From the IMG/VR virus record IMGVR_UViG_3300047510_001751, positions 64,001 through 128,000 of that record: DNA of 64,000 nucleotides, one strand, 5' to 3'. Positions 45,301 to 54,628 of this stretch are shown one piece after another. The notes beneath the pieces were generated by a model. The model was not told the origin of the DNA and ran no database searches. It saw only the letters and a list, made by a program, of their open reading frames with translations. Position 1 is the stretch's first letter, and each line of letters begins with the position of its first letter. The translations under genes were made by a program, and so were the position numbers. The DNA is from a virus.

Positions 45301-48300
45301 AGAAACTGCTAGATCAAAATATTGTCCATCAGTAAATCCAGTACCACCAGAAGCGACTAAAATTTTATCTACAAAATTACTTAAAGTAAGTGTAGCATCT
45401 AGTAGAACAGGAGATTCTGGTCTACTAAATTCAATAATGGTATTTTGTGTAATAAGTTGGGTTACTGATGTTGAAAGAGTAACAGTAGTAAATGAAACGT
45501 TATTAACTACTGTTACAAATGTATTTGCTACAGTAGTTCCTGTTGGAACACCTGGAGCTATTACCAAATGACCAATTAAAATTTGGTTATTTAATTTAAA
45601 TTGTAATGTATTTTGATTTGCTGCTGTTTGATCAGTAGTAAAATCAAAATATCTTTCTTCTGCTGGTTTGATTGATTGTACTGCTAAAGCATAAGAAGAG
45701 TCACCTCTCAAGAATGAGAAGGAGTTAGCTTCTCCAGCATTACCAGCAAGTCTGGAAGATGAAATAATACCAGAAGTAATATCTTGTGCTGAAATTGAAG
45801 AAGTGGAAAGTGATACCCAGTTACTTGGATTAGATCCAGAAGTATTAACTGTTCTTATTACAGGTACAGTAACTGGAGAAACGTTAGTAGATTGAATTGT
45901 GTCAGTATCAGCAATCTTGATGTTGTTTACAATATCAATATAAACTCTAGATTCAATTAAACCATTTGCTTCTGCTTGTACACCGCCCACTCCAGGGGCA
46001 GAGAACGAAATTGATGGAGGTGAAGTATAACCAAATCCGCCTTTGTAACCATTATAATCTACGATAGTTACTGTAACTACTCTTCCATTAACGACAGTAC
46101 ACGAAGCTTGGGCTGATACTCCTCCTGGTTGATCTGGAGCACTAATAGAAACTGAAGGAGGATTTAAATCGTCATAACCATTACCTTGGTTAGAAATACT
46201 AATTCTATAAAGAACACCTTGACGATATTCTGTAACTTCTCCTTGGCCAGTAGAAAGGCTGCCAGTAATAAACGCCCCAGTAGCAAACTCTAAGTCAGTA
46301 TTTACTGAAATACCAATAAACTGACTTTCTAAATCATTATTTAAAATATATGATGTGGTTGTTCCAAGTTCAATAGCAATGTCACCAGCAAGTGGACCTT
46401 CTAAAGCAAGTCTTTCTGCTGTAGTTTGAATCGTAAATACGTTGAATGGTCTTAGAGCTGGAATTTGATCTAGAGAAATCTTACCAGAATCAGTAAGTTC
46501 TACAAGGTTTCTTGGAACGGCGTTGGTTGAATATGGTTTGTTGAGGTATTGACCTAGGTTATTTGAAATGTAATCTTTAACAGCTTTCTGTGTTGGAATT
46601 TTACTATCAGAAGAGAAATTACCACCAAGAGTGTTAGAAGCATCGAAACCAGTAACAACAACGTCACCTCCTTTTAGCTTAAGAAACTCAACTTCCGAGA
46701 TCGAAACCGTACCAGTGAAGGTAATGTTACCAGTTCTGTTCTCAATCTTAGCAAAGTAACCTACTTTAAAGTCACCAAGTTCATCCGTACCAGAAGTATA
46801 AACACGACCGTAAGCTTGAGATACTTGCTCAAATGCTTCATTTTTAACGCCACCATTTTCTGGGAGTGCTCTATAGTCGTTACCAGCACCAGCATATTCC
46901 CAAGTGTGGGAAGATGAGTTAACAATTGATGGTCTGTGTAAACGAATTTGCTTGCCAACTAGTTCAGCATTACCAACTGTAATTGCTTGACCATTACTCT
47001 TTCTTTGGAGAAGCATTGCTTCATTAATATCAATAGTCGAAGTAAATGGAGGACCAACAGTAGTTAATCTTACGTTATCAACAAAATATTCAATATCAGA
47101 ATCTTGGTTTTCGTAATCAGCAAATTTAACAATATAGTGCTCAAGAGGTTCTCTTCCGAGACCACCAACAGTAAATACAGTTCTACCTGTAGCAGTTGTA
47201 GTTACATTAGTAATTGTACCAATATCAAATGCGTATGGATCTTTTCTGAATCCTCTAGCTCTTAGAGCATATGTACCAAAGTTGGTAGCTGAGTTTGTAA
47301 CAGAAGCATAACCACCAGTATCAGCATAGATTCCATCCTGAGCAAATAGAACGAATACAGAAACTAACTGAACATATCCATCATTTACAATTCTATAACC
47401 AGTACCACCGAAGGAAATAATGGTAAACTGAGCAGCAACCATCGACTTACCCTGATTTGGGAAAGTAGCTTTTGGATCAGCATTTCCAATTGGTGGATTT
47501 AGACCTGGACGTGGGCAGTTTGGTTGACGTATTTTATCTCCGTCAATTTCACAACCACCACCACCAAGGAATGAAATTACAGAGGCGTTTTGAATATATG
47601 GAGATGCCTCAATGAATGGAAGATCCAAGTAAATAGAATCTACGTTAACTCTCTTATTGTCAGCATCATAGATTGTATTTTCTGGGAATACAACTGTTGG
47701 TTCAAATAAAGTACCGAAACTCTTTTCTACTACGCTACCATTAGCAAGAATATCATCTAAAATGCTAAACGCTGTTGTAATAGTAGTAGCAACGTTAGCA
47801 CATGTTGGAGTATTTGTATCAACAATTGTAGTTGAATCAATGAATTGAGGAGCCGTAGCAAATTCTGGAATATAAACAACGCCAGTGCCATCGCCAGTCT
47901 TCCAATTTCTCATAGCAAGGATTGCTAAATCTCTTGCTTTAGTAAATGCTTGTCTAGTTGGTAGTAGTTCACTTTGTGGAATACCAGTTAAGGCATTTCC
48001 AGTGTAATAAGATTCTCCTGAAGTAACAATACCAGCATTACCACCAAGAATTAAATCTCTTCTGAGAGCACCCAGAATAAATCCAATATCTCTACGGCAC
48101 TTAATAGTGGTAGTAGTTAAGAAATCTCCTTCATTAATAGCAGGAAGTGAAGTTAAATTACCAGCAGCAATAGCAGTTGTAGCAATAGCAATAAGAGTAC
48201 CAATGCTATTACGTACATCAATACATGAATCTGGATTATTGTTATTGTTTAGTTCTCCTTCTACCCCATAACCAAATACAGTTGGAAGATATCCAGGATT

Positions 48301-51300
48301 TGGATCACCTGTAATTGTTAAATCTCTTTCATTTAGCTGATTGGTTACAGCTAATCTCATTACATCTCTTGCTTTGTTGAAGGCAGTGATTGACTGTGAA
48401 GTTTCTCCTACCAATCCATTTGAAAGAGGAATTGTATTAGTTAAGAAATATCTCTTGGTTGCTCTAATAGTATTCTTGTTGCCACCATCATATAAGTCAG
48501 AAGCAACAGCGTCAACGATATAACCAATGTCTCTACGGCACTTGCTTTCGCTAGCAAAATAAGTAGTAGCAGTCTCAGCAGGTAGACCAGTTAGATTACC
48601 AGCACTAATTCTATCTGTGATGAGTGTAGTAAAGTTAGTAATTGCTGTCTGAACATCTGAGCAAGCAGCAGGATCTGTATTAGCTACATTTCCACCGCCA
48701 CCACCGTAGGTAGCAGGACCAGTGCTGACTGTAAGATCCTTATAGTATAAACCGTTATAAACGGCAAGCTTCATCATGTCTCTTGCTTTATTGAAAGCAA
48801 CTACAGACTGTGCTTCTTCTCCTAATAAACCGTCAGAAATTGGTGATCCGCTATTAAAATATTGAAGAACAAAATTTCTCGAATACTTGTTGCTTCCAGA
48901 GAAAAGATCTAGAGCAATAGCATCAACAAAGTATCCAATATCTCTACGGCACTTGAGATTACCACTTGCTTTTCTCACAGCAGGAAGACCTGATGTATTG
49001 CCAGTTTGAAGTGTAGTTGTGAGAATAGAGACAAGGTTGCTAACAGCAGTTCTAACGTTAGCACATGAAGATTCGCTAATGTTAGATAGTGTATCTGGAT
49101 CTGCTGTAATAGTTGTATCCTTAACATATAGCTGATTTGTTAAGGCTTTGTTCATCCAATCTCTTGCTTTGTTGAAGGCAACAATAGACTGTGATACTTC
49201 ACCATCCAATCCATTTGTTAATAGAGTGGTAGCATTTTCAAAATATCTGAGGGTATAATCAATAATTCTTGAGTTACCGCCTGTTTGAATATCATAGGCA
49301 ACAGCATCTACGATGTAACCGATATCTCTACGACACTTAGCTTCTCCAGCAGGAGTTACGCTAGCACCTGTAGTAGTTGGTGGAAGAACATTAGCACCAT
49401 TAATATTGCCAGCAAGTAATCTTGTTTGAGCAATAGTTGCTAGTGTTTCTACGGCAGTTTGTACATCAATACAAGCAGCGGCATTTCCTGATTCTAGAAC
49501 AGCAATATCTGGACCTGGAACACCATAAGAAGCAGGACCAGCAGTTATAGTAAGATCCTTTATATAAAGCTGATTACTTACAGCTTTCTTCATCATTTCT
49601 ACTGCCATAGTAAAAGCAGTATCAGCTTCTGATTCTTCTCCAGATAATCCGTTGGCAATTTTAATACCAGTTTCTGGATCAAAGTATAATTTAGTAAATC
49701 CTAAAGTAAATTGGTTGCCACCATCATAAATGTCTAGAGCAATAGCATCAACAAAGTAACCAATATCACGCTTACACTTAGCTTCGCCAGCAGTTACGAA
49801 AGAATCTCCAGTAGTTGGTGTTGGTAGAGCATTAGCGCCATTAATATTACCAGCAGTAATTCTGTCGGTGATTAATGTGGTGAGTGTTTGTAGTGCTGAT
49901 TGAACGTCAGAACAAGCTGTTGGGTCGGTATTAGAAACTGATCCGCCACCACCACCATAATTAGTAGGACCAGCAGTTACACTAAGATCTATGTAAGCTA
50001 ACTGATTAGTTACAGCTAAAGCACACTGCTCTCTCGCTTCATTAAAAGCAAATACTGATTGAGCAGTTTCTCCTACTAAACCATTAGAAATAGCTAAACC
50101 ACTTCCATCAAAATAAAGTTTTGTGAAAGCAATTGAATACTGGTTTCCTCCAGTTGCCATGTCAAGAGAAATGGCGTCAACAAAGTAACCAATATCACGC
50201 TTACATCTAGCGTCGTCATTACCAGGCACAGTAAATCCTGGGTATTGTGTTTGCATTGAAGCAAAAGCATTATCAATAATTAATGTTCTGTTCTTCTGAA
50301 TTAAACGATAACCATCTTTAAATCTAGATCTAGCGTTAGTTTGAGCATCACCAGGATAGTAAAAATCTGGATAATCTACAGCAATTTGTGCTGCTGCTCT
50401 ATCAATAATTTCTTGACGATTCTGTTGAATTAATCTGTAACCATCCTTAAATCTTGATCTAGCAGTAGTTTGAGGATCATTTGGATAGTAGAAATCAGGG
50501 AATTGAATAGCAATCTCAGCAGCAGCTCTTACCTTAATTTCTTCTTTGTTTGCTTTGATTAAATTGGCAGCATCATAGTATCTGCTCTGGTAATCTCTGT
50601 TTATATTTGGAAGACCAATTAGGTTTCCAGCAGTTAATCTTGTAGTAATAATTGCTGTTAGGTTAGCAATGTATGTTTGTACATCAGAACAAGCAGTTGG
50701 ATCTGTGTTAGGTACTGTAGTGCCACCAGAAGCATAGATAGCAGAACCAGCAGTTACACTCGTATCAGTTACACCAAGCTGGTTAGCAACTGCTTTCTTC
50801 ATCTCATCTCTTGCTGAATTAAAAGCAAGAACAGATTGTGGAATTTCACCAGCTAATCCATTAGTAGTCAAACTACCAGCATTATCAAAATATTGCTTTA
50901 AGAAAGCAATAGAATTTGAATTGCCTCCTAAGAATACATCAAGAGATACAGCATCAATAAAGTAGCCAATATCACGCTTACACTTAGTACCATCTGGATC
51001 GGCAGGAATAGAGCCACCAGAAGAAGTATAAGCAGTGTCAATGATAGCAGTTTTATTTTGCTGAATTAAACGATAAGCATCAGCATAACGGGAACGCTCG
51101 TTAGTTTGTAGATCACCTGGATAATAGAAATCTGGATATTGTACAGCAATTTCAGCAGCAGCTGTATCAACAATAGTTTCCTTATTCTTTTGAATTAAAC
51201 GATAAGCATCATTGTATCTGCTTTGAGCATTAGTCTGAGTATCACCAGGATAGTAAAAATCTGGATGCTCAACGGCAACTTCTGCTAAAGCACGGTCAAG

Positions 51301-54051
51301 AATTTCTTCTCTGTTAGCTTTAATTAGATTTGTAGAATCCTTGTATCTGGCAGCAGAAGCATTAGGACTGATAAAAAGTTCTGGATAAGCGTCTTCAATG
51401 TATCGTGAAGTTTCTTGCTTAATAAACTCTTGGTTTCTAGCAATTAAATAGCTAGCTTCTACAAATCTATCTGTTTGGTTATTGGAAATAATAGCAATGA
51501 AGAGATTTGCTAAGTTATTAATAGCAGCTTCTACGTTAGCACAATAAGGCCAAACAGAATCAATTGTTACATCTGGATCGAAGTATCTAGAAATATTAGA
51601 AAACTGAGGAGAATACAAATCGTCATTTTCATTAATTCTCCATCCTCTCATAGCAAGGACAGCTAAATTTCTAGCAATATCAAATGCTCTAATTGTTTCT
51701 GAAAGTTCGGTAGCAATATAGCCAATGCCAGTACCTAAAACATAATACTTAGCAGCTTCAATAGTGTTATGGTTTCCACCATATTCCATATCACGAAGAA
51801 TAGCACTTACAAAGTGTCCGATATCTCTAATACACTTTGCTTCGTTTGGATTGGTAAATTCAGGAAACTCAGCAATTACTTGCTTATAAGTTTCATCTTT
51901 GATAAACTCAAGATTATTCTTAATTAGATTTCTAGCATCTTGATATCTTCTAGAAATATAAGGAGTAGCTTCAAACTTGTTTGGTGAGTTTAAAAGAGAT
52001 AGAGTTACATAATGTGATACAGGAGAAACTGTAGCATTTGCTGGAGTGTAATTGCTATCAGTAAACTCAGGCATGTTATCTTTAGGGATAACAAATCTTC
52101 TAGATCTACTATCATCATCAATTAGCACACCAACTTTATCAAGGTCGTAAATCCTTTGAATGCCATTTAAGTTTGCTAATTCAGGAGGAAGACCAGAAAT
52201 TCTAACTTCTTGACCTTCGTGAAAATCATGAATATTATCTATACCTTGTAATTGATTTGTATAGAAAATAATACCACCAACTTGAGCTTGTTGAGAAGCA
52301 TCAATTCTTACAATTGGGAAAGTTGTTGTTGTATCAGTTCCATGTTCTACAACTTCGCCTTCTGGTCTGATAGATGAAAGATCTACAATAGTAAAAGTAA
52401 ATTCTTGTGCCCAATCAGATCCATTCCAAGTATATGTAATACCATCATTTGGATGGGTGTATACATCACCAATTGATGGTGACGATGGCCACCCAGTATA
52501 TTCTACGGGAGCTTCAATATAATAACGAACACTTTCACCCTCAGCAAATACACCAACAGAAGTCTCAAAATCAACAGAACCTTTTTGATATGCTGTTGGT
52601 CCTGTAGTCGAATCAAAAGTTACAACTTTAACAGAACCAATAGCACTAGTGTTTACACCGTTAATTGTTTCTCCAACAACTAACTTATTACCGCCAGCAT
52701 TAAAATCAAATACTGCTCTAAAAAGTGTTTTGCCGAAAATTTGATGACCAATAGGGAATCTTCTCTTGAAGTCTCCTCCGTATGTTGGATCATAATATAA
52801 TCTTTGCTTATCATCAAATACACAAGCAAAGTTCCATGTGGATACGGGATTACCCAGAGTGTCTAGTTTATCCCTAAAGACCATACCAGTGATATAGTTT
52901 TTATCGGCAAACTTAAATACGTTTTTACCAGGATTGTTTGGTCTTACAATTACAATTCTAAGCGAGTCACCAACAACCGAACAATCGGGTGGAATAGAAA
53001 TTGGGTTATCTTCTACATAATCACCACCAGCGATAATAACAGTTTCTTTTATATTTCTAGATTCTGTAGCAATTTGACAACCACGTTTGATTGTTCTTAC
53101 GGGAGAAGCTACAGATCTACCATCATTTTCATCATCACCAATTTGCTGAGAAACATAAACACGACCACCAACGTCATTGGTAGCAAGATTTAATACGTAT
53201 TCAGTGGTAGCAATTTTATTTGAATTATCTCCTAGAGGAGGAGTGATAGATCTTGGCCAAGAAAGTTCACCAAAATATGGTTGGTTTGAATCATTTACAC
53301 GGAAACCAACATGCTCTAACTGAACTGTTCCATTGGTTACTATTCCCTCAGTATGTAATGGAGGTGTTGTTCCAGTAATGCCAGTATTTTTTGCTCTATA
53401 TAAATTTCCTTCGAAATAACGGATAGCATTTTTCGTTAACGAAACATTCGAAACCCAAACTTGTTCTGAATTATTATCAAATAATTTAAGATATGGTGCT
53501 CTAATATTAAGATCCGCAGTTACAAAATTTTCTAGGTCTAGATTAAGAATACGAGCAGTATCTGAAATGATAGATGAAGACGTTCTAATAGCACCGTTTA
53601 CATCAATTTCATAATCGATAGTATCCAGTGTACATGTCGCTACAGCACCGCCACCTGTAGTATCACCCTCGGCATTTTGAATTGTGATTGAAGGTGGTGT
53701 GGAATAACCAGATCCTGGATTAGATACAATAACAGCTATAACTCTACCGTTAGATAAAATTGTGCTGGCGGTAGCTTGAATAGAACCGATACCAGCGGGC
53801 GGAGGATCTATAATTACTAAAGGGGGGGAAGTATACCCCGTTCCTTGGGCAGTGACATTAATATTATCTACACGACTTCCTGTTCTATTAACACCAATTC
53901 TTGGTAATTTGGTAGTTGAATCAATTAAAGCTCTAAAAACTTCCTTTTCATCAGATCCTTGACCCGATCTAATTATAAAATTATCGCTACCAATAATATT
54001 AGGCGAATCAGATTTGATGTATTGCTTATCAGAATTAAATTCTAATCCCAT
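42334..54051 (-). CDS. Giant tail fibre/structural protein (3905 aa) with C-terminal peptidase S74 intramolecular chaperone
   Basis: C-terminal SDRRLKTNI..I.NAL.KV..I.GV.Y.W...GVIAQE...V.PE.V...LAV.YERLVPLLIEAIKEL; DADLLDG fibre repeats; beta-helix-like segments. Confidence 0.9.
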   Translation of the reverse strand: MGLEFNSDKQYIKSDSPNIIGSDNFIIRSGQGSDEKEVFRALIDSTTKLPRIGVNRTGSRVDNINVTAQGTGYTSPPLVIIDPPPAGIGSIQATASTILSNGRVIAVIVSNPGSGYSTPPSITIQNAEGDTTGGGAVATCTLDTIDYEIDVNGAIRTSSSIISDTARILNLDLENFVTADLNIRAPYLKLFDNNSEQVWVSNVSLTKNAIRYFEGNLYRAKNTGITGTTPPLHTEGIVTNGTVQLEHVGFRVNDSNQPYFGELSWPRSITPPLGDNSNKIATTEYVLNLATNDVGGRVYVSQQIGDDENDGRSVASPVRTIKRGCQIATESRNIKETVIIAGGDYVEDNPISIPPDCSVVGDSLRIVIVRPNNPGKNVFKFADKNYITGMVFRDKLDTLGNPVSTWNFACVFDDKQRLYYDPTYGGDFKRRFPIGHQIFGKTLFRAVFDFNAGGNKLVVGETINGVNTSAIGSVKVVTFDSTTGPTAYQKGSVDFETSVGVFAEGESVRYYIEAPVEYTGWPSSPSIGDVYTHPNDGITYTWNGSDWAQEFTFTIVDLSSIRPEGEVVEHGTDTTTTFPIVRIDASQQAQVGGIIFYTNQLQGIDNIHDFHEGQEVRISGLPPELANLNGIQRIYDLDKVGVLIDDDSRSRRFVIPKDNMPEFTDSNYTPANATVSPVSHYVTLSLLNSPNKFEATPYISRRYQDARNLIKNNLEFIKDETYKQVIAEFPEFTNPNEAKCIRDIGHFVSAILRDMEYGGNHNTIEAAKYYVLGTGIGYIATELSETIRAFDIARNLAVLAMRGWRINENDDLYSPQFSNISRYFDPDVTIDSVWPYCANVEAAINNLANLFIAIISNNQTDRFVEASYLIARNQEFIKQETSRYIEDAYPELFISPNASAARYKDSTNLIKANREEILDRALAEVAVEHPDFYYPGDTQTNAQSRYNDAYRLIQKNKETIVDTAAAEIAVQYPDFYYPGDLQTNERSRYADAYRLIQQNKTAIIDTAYTSSGGSIPADPDGTKCKRDIGYFIDAVSLDVFLGGNSNSIAFLKQYFDNAGSLTTNGLAGEIPQSVLAFNSARDEMKKAVANQLGVTDTSVTAGSAIYASGGTTVPNTDPTACSDVQTYIANLTAIITTRLTAGNLIGLPNINRDYQSRYYDAANLIKANKEEIKVRAAAEIAIQFPDFYYPNDPQTTARSRFKDGYRLIQQNRQEIIDRAAAQIAVDYPDFYYPGDAQTNARSRFKDGYRLIQKNRTLIIDNAFASMQTQYPGFTVPGNDDARCKRDIGYFVDAISLDMATGGNQYSIAFTKLYFDGSGLAISNGLVGETAQSVFAFNEAREQCALAVTNQLAYIDLSVTAGPTNYGGGGGSVSNTDPTACSDVQSALQTLTTLITDRITAGNINGANALPTPTTGDSFVTAGEAKCKRDIGYFVDAIALDIYDGGNQFTLGFTKLYFDPETGIKIANGLSGEESEADTAFTMAVEMMKKAVSNQLYIKDLTITAGPASYGVPGPDIAVLESGNAAACIDVQTAVETLATIAQTRLLAGNINGANVLPPTTTGASVTPAGEAKCRRDIGYIVDAVAYDIQTGGNSRIIDYTLRYFENATTLLTNGLDGEVSQSIVAFNKARDWMNKALTNQLYVKDTTITADPDTLSNISESSCANVRTAVSNLVSILTTTLQTGNTSGLPAVRKASGNLKCRRDIGYFVDAIALDLFSGSNKYSRNFVLQYFNSGSPISDGLLGEEAQSVVAFNKARDMMKLAVYNGLYYKDLTVSTGPATYGGGGGNVANTDPAACSDVQTAITNFTTLITDRISAGNLTGLPAETATTYFASESKCRRDIGYIVDAVASDLYDGGNKNTIRATKRYFLTNTIPLSNGLVGETSQSITAFNKARDVMRLAVTNQLNERDLTITGDPNPGYLPTVFGYGVEGELNNNNNPDSCIDVRNSIGTLIAIATTAIAAGNLTSLPAINEGDFLTTTTIKCRRDIGFILGALRRDLILGGNAGIVTSGESYYTGNALTGIPQSELLPTRQAFTKARDLAILAMRNWKTGDGTGVVYIPEFATAPQFIDSTTIVDTNTPTCANVATTITTAFSILDDILANGSVVEKSFGTLFEPTVVFPENTIYDADNKRVNVDSIYLDLPFIEASPYIQNASVISFLGGGGCEIDGDKIRQPNCPRPGLNPPIGNADPKATFPNQGKSMVAAQFTIISFGGTGYRIVNDGYVQLVSVFVLFAQDGIYADTGGYASVTNSATNFGTYALRARGFRKDPYAFDIGTITNVTTTATGRTVFTVGGLGREPLEHYIVKFADYENQDSDIEYFVDNVRLTTVGPPFTSTIDINEAMLLQRKSNGQAITVGNAELVGKQIRLHRPSIVNSSSHTWEYAGAGNDYRALPENGGVKNEAFEQVSQAYGRVYTSGTDELGDFKVGYFAKIENRTGNITFTGTVSISEVEFLKLKGGDVVVTGFDASNTLGGNFSSDSKIPTQKAVKDYISNNLGQYLNKPYSTNAVPRNLVELTDSGKISLDQIPALRPFNVFTIQTTAERLALEGPLAGDIAIELGTTTSYILNNDLESQFIGISVNTDLEFATGAFITGSLSTGQGEVTEYRQGVLYRISISNQGNGYDDLNPPSVSISAPDQPGGVSAQASCTVVNGRVVTVTIVDYNGYKGGFGYTSPPSISFSAPGVGGVQAEANGLIESRVYIDIVNNIKIADTDTIQSTNVSPVTVPVIRTVNTSGSNPSNWVSLSTSSISAQDITSGIISSSRLAGNAGEANSFSFLRGDSSYALAVQSIKPAEERYFDFTTDQTAANQNTLQFKLNNQILIGHLVIAPGVPTGTTVANTFVTVVNNVSFTTVTLSTSVTQLITQNTIIEFSRPESPVLLDATLTLSNFVDKILVASGGTGFTDGQYFDLAVSGGTGSGLKANFTIEGGSITTVLVTSGGSAYSSDFSITQMPVQIGLGANAVLEAKTNTSVKNFANVGIDIKRVDAKTLEANEYGNTGVARFKKSQFNIGDSGDGSVELKTGTGSGLDADLLDGQQGLYYRDGQNLVNLSISPDKLGSGLYGIDISGQSANTLRLTTSVNNPSSSPSPSTFNEGVIADTRNNTADGLADGGTRHGVITFRQFGTGSDASGGGVRQLAFTDNNNLWIRGSGSGVASFSTWAKVWTSINDGVGTGMDADLLDGRQGTFYQNAYNINSGIIGPSHISSFLGSTSVDNSLTVKSYVAQTFFDVYISGKILSEAPFVSGLTIDLFDSIGIKVGDFELLNVSTSNNIDDTLDYTILTGRLLSGNIAAAFRIGNTQTNEIINDYNISDFAGTFDVAKLESVSGTARLSLGRTDGTASVPVIDFRSSSSPAGLYNVRLAVSGGNSANGSGSLNILAGNANALTLNSNVIWNAGNITFSSLNNASTAVQRDGSGNFAAGTITASLTGAASLNVLKSGDTMSGSLTFLAGNQVLINTTSGDQGSGSGNKTLTIFNDTAGRDAFLTFHVSGDYAGYFGLDGATNDLFWGGWSVGTSTKYTILHTGNNPVSSLNTNNTLVKRDGSGNFAAGTITATLSGNASTATTLQTARTINGVSFNGSANITITASTAAALSLGTYLTYDAGTTFNGGTARTINVTASTSGNTNLVARDASGNFSAGTITAALSGNATTATTATNLAGGAAGSVPYQSGDGATIFLANSGAGKFIKSTASGIEWATFDIGGSNTQVQYNNNGALAGSAQFTFTSGTNSVLRLGGASSFRQDNVATWTGDAGASEGKLEYHSNRWYINAGASSTEVVRFRRGSSDVAWISNTGDLSCTGDITAFASSDRRLKTNIETIDNALDKVTQISGVKYNWNELAEGKDTTKREAGVIAQEIKEVLPEAVIERDNGYLAVQYERLVPLLIEAIKELKEEVQSLKNK
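43100..43810 (-). repeat. Three RD(G/A)SGNF(A/S)AGTITA fibre junction repeats
   Basis: QRDGSGNFAAGTITA, KRDGSGNFAAGTITA, ARDASGNFSAGTITA; similar at DNA level. Confidence 0.85.
48080..51840 (-). repeat. Helical repeats in the giant fibre (8x [K/R]CxRDIG[Y/F/H], 4x PDFYYP..QT...SR[Y/F]..YRLIQ)
   Basis: Counted in the translated ORF. Confidence 0.85.
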
Positions 54052-54100
54052 GATTGTATCTCTTCCAAGAATTGTTGTTATTACAGGAATTTATTATTAC

Positions 54101-54107
54101 TATTTAT
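54101..54107 (-). promoter_or_regulatory. Late promoter ATAAATA (giant fibre)
   Basis: ATAAATA in the 54051-54114 gap. Confidence 0.65.
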
Positions 54108-54113
54108 CAGGTC

Positions 54114-54623
54114 TTACCAAGAAACTGATACAACTTGTATGTTAGAAATCCACTTAACAACGCCAGTTGCTCCATTAGCTTCTACGCTAAAACTAAACTC
54201 ACCAGCGTTACCAGTATCGTAATTTTCTACTGACCAAGTTTGTCCTAATGGAACATCATCTCTAATAATTGTATTTAAAGATGCTAAAGTAGAAACATCA
54301 CCATTAGAGGCACATTTAACTGTTGTTTCTATTTTAGTAGAGTAAATTCCTATACCATTTTGCCCAACAGCAATTATATTAGCGGTAATAAAATTTACTG
54401 TATTATTTTCTAATTGAATATAAGAATTTTGTGTACTACTTTTAGATAAAATAGCAGTATTTAATGCTTTTAAAATAAAATCAGATTTTTTCGTGTCTGT
54501 ATAATTAACATTTTTTAATTCAAACGAGTTAACATTTTGAAGATCATAATTATCAGAAATAATAGTGGTTTGTTTTACTCCAAACCCACCTTCTGAATTA
54601 AAAGTTTTTGTATCTACTGGCAT
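54114..54623 (-). CDS. Hypothetical virion protein (169 aa)
   Basis: ORF track; beta-sandwich-like pattern resembling the C-terminus of the upstream 1376-aa protein. Confidence 0.7.
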   Translation of the reverse strand: MPVDTKTFNSEGGFGVKQTTIISDNYDLQNVNSFELKNVNYTDTKKSDFILKALNTAILSKSSTQNSYIQLENNTVNFITANIIAVGQNGIGIYSTKIETTVKCASNGDVSTLASLNTIIRDDVPLGQTWSVENYDTGNAGEFSFSVEANGATGVVKWISNIQVVSVSW

Positions 54624-54628
54624 TTGTA

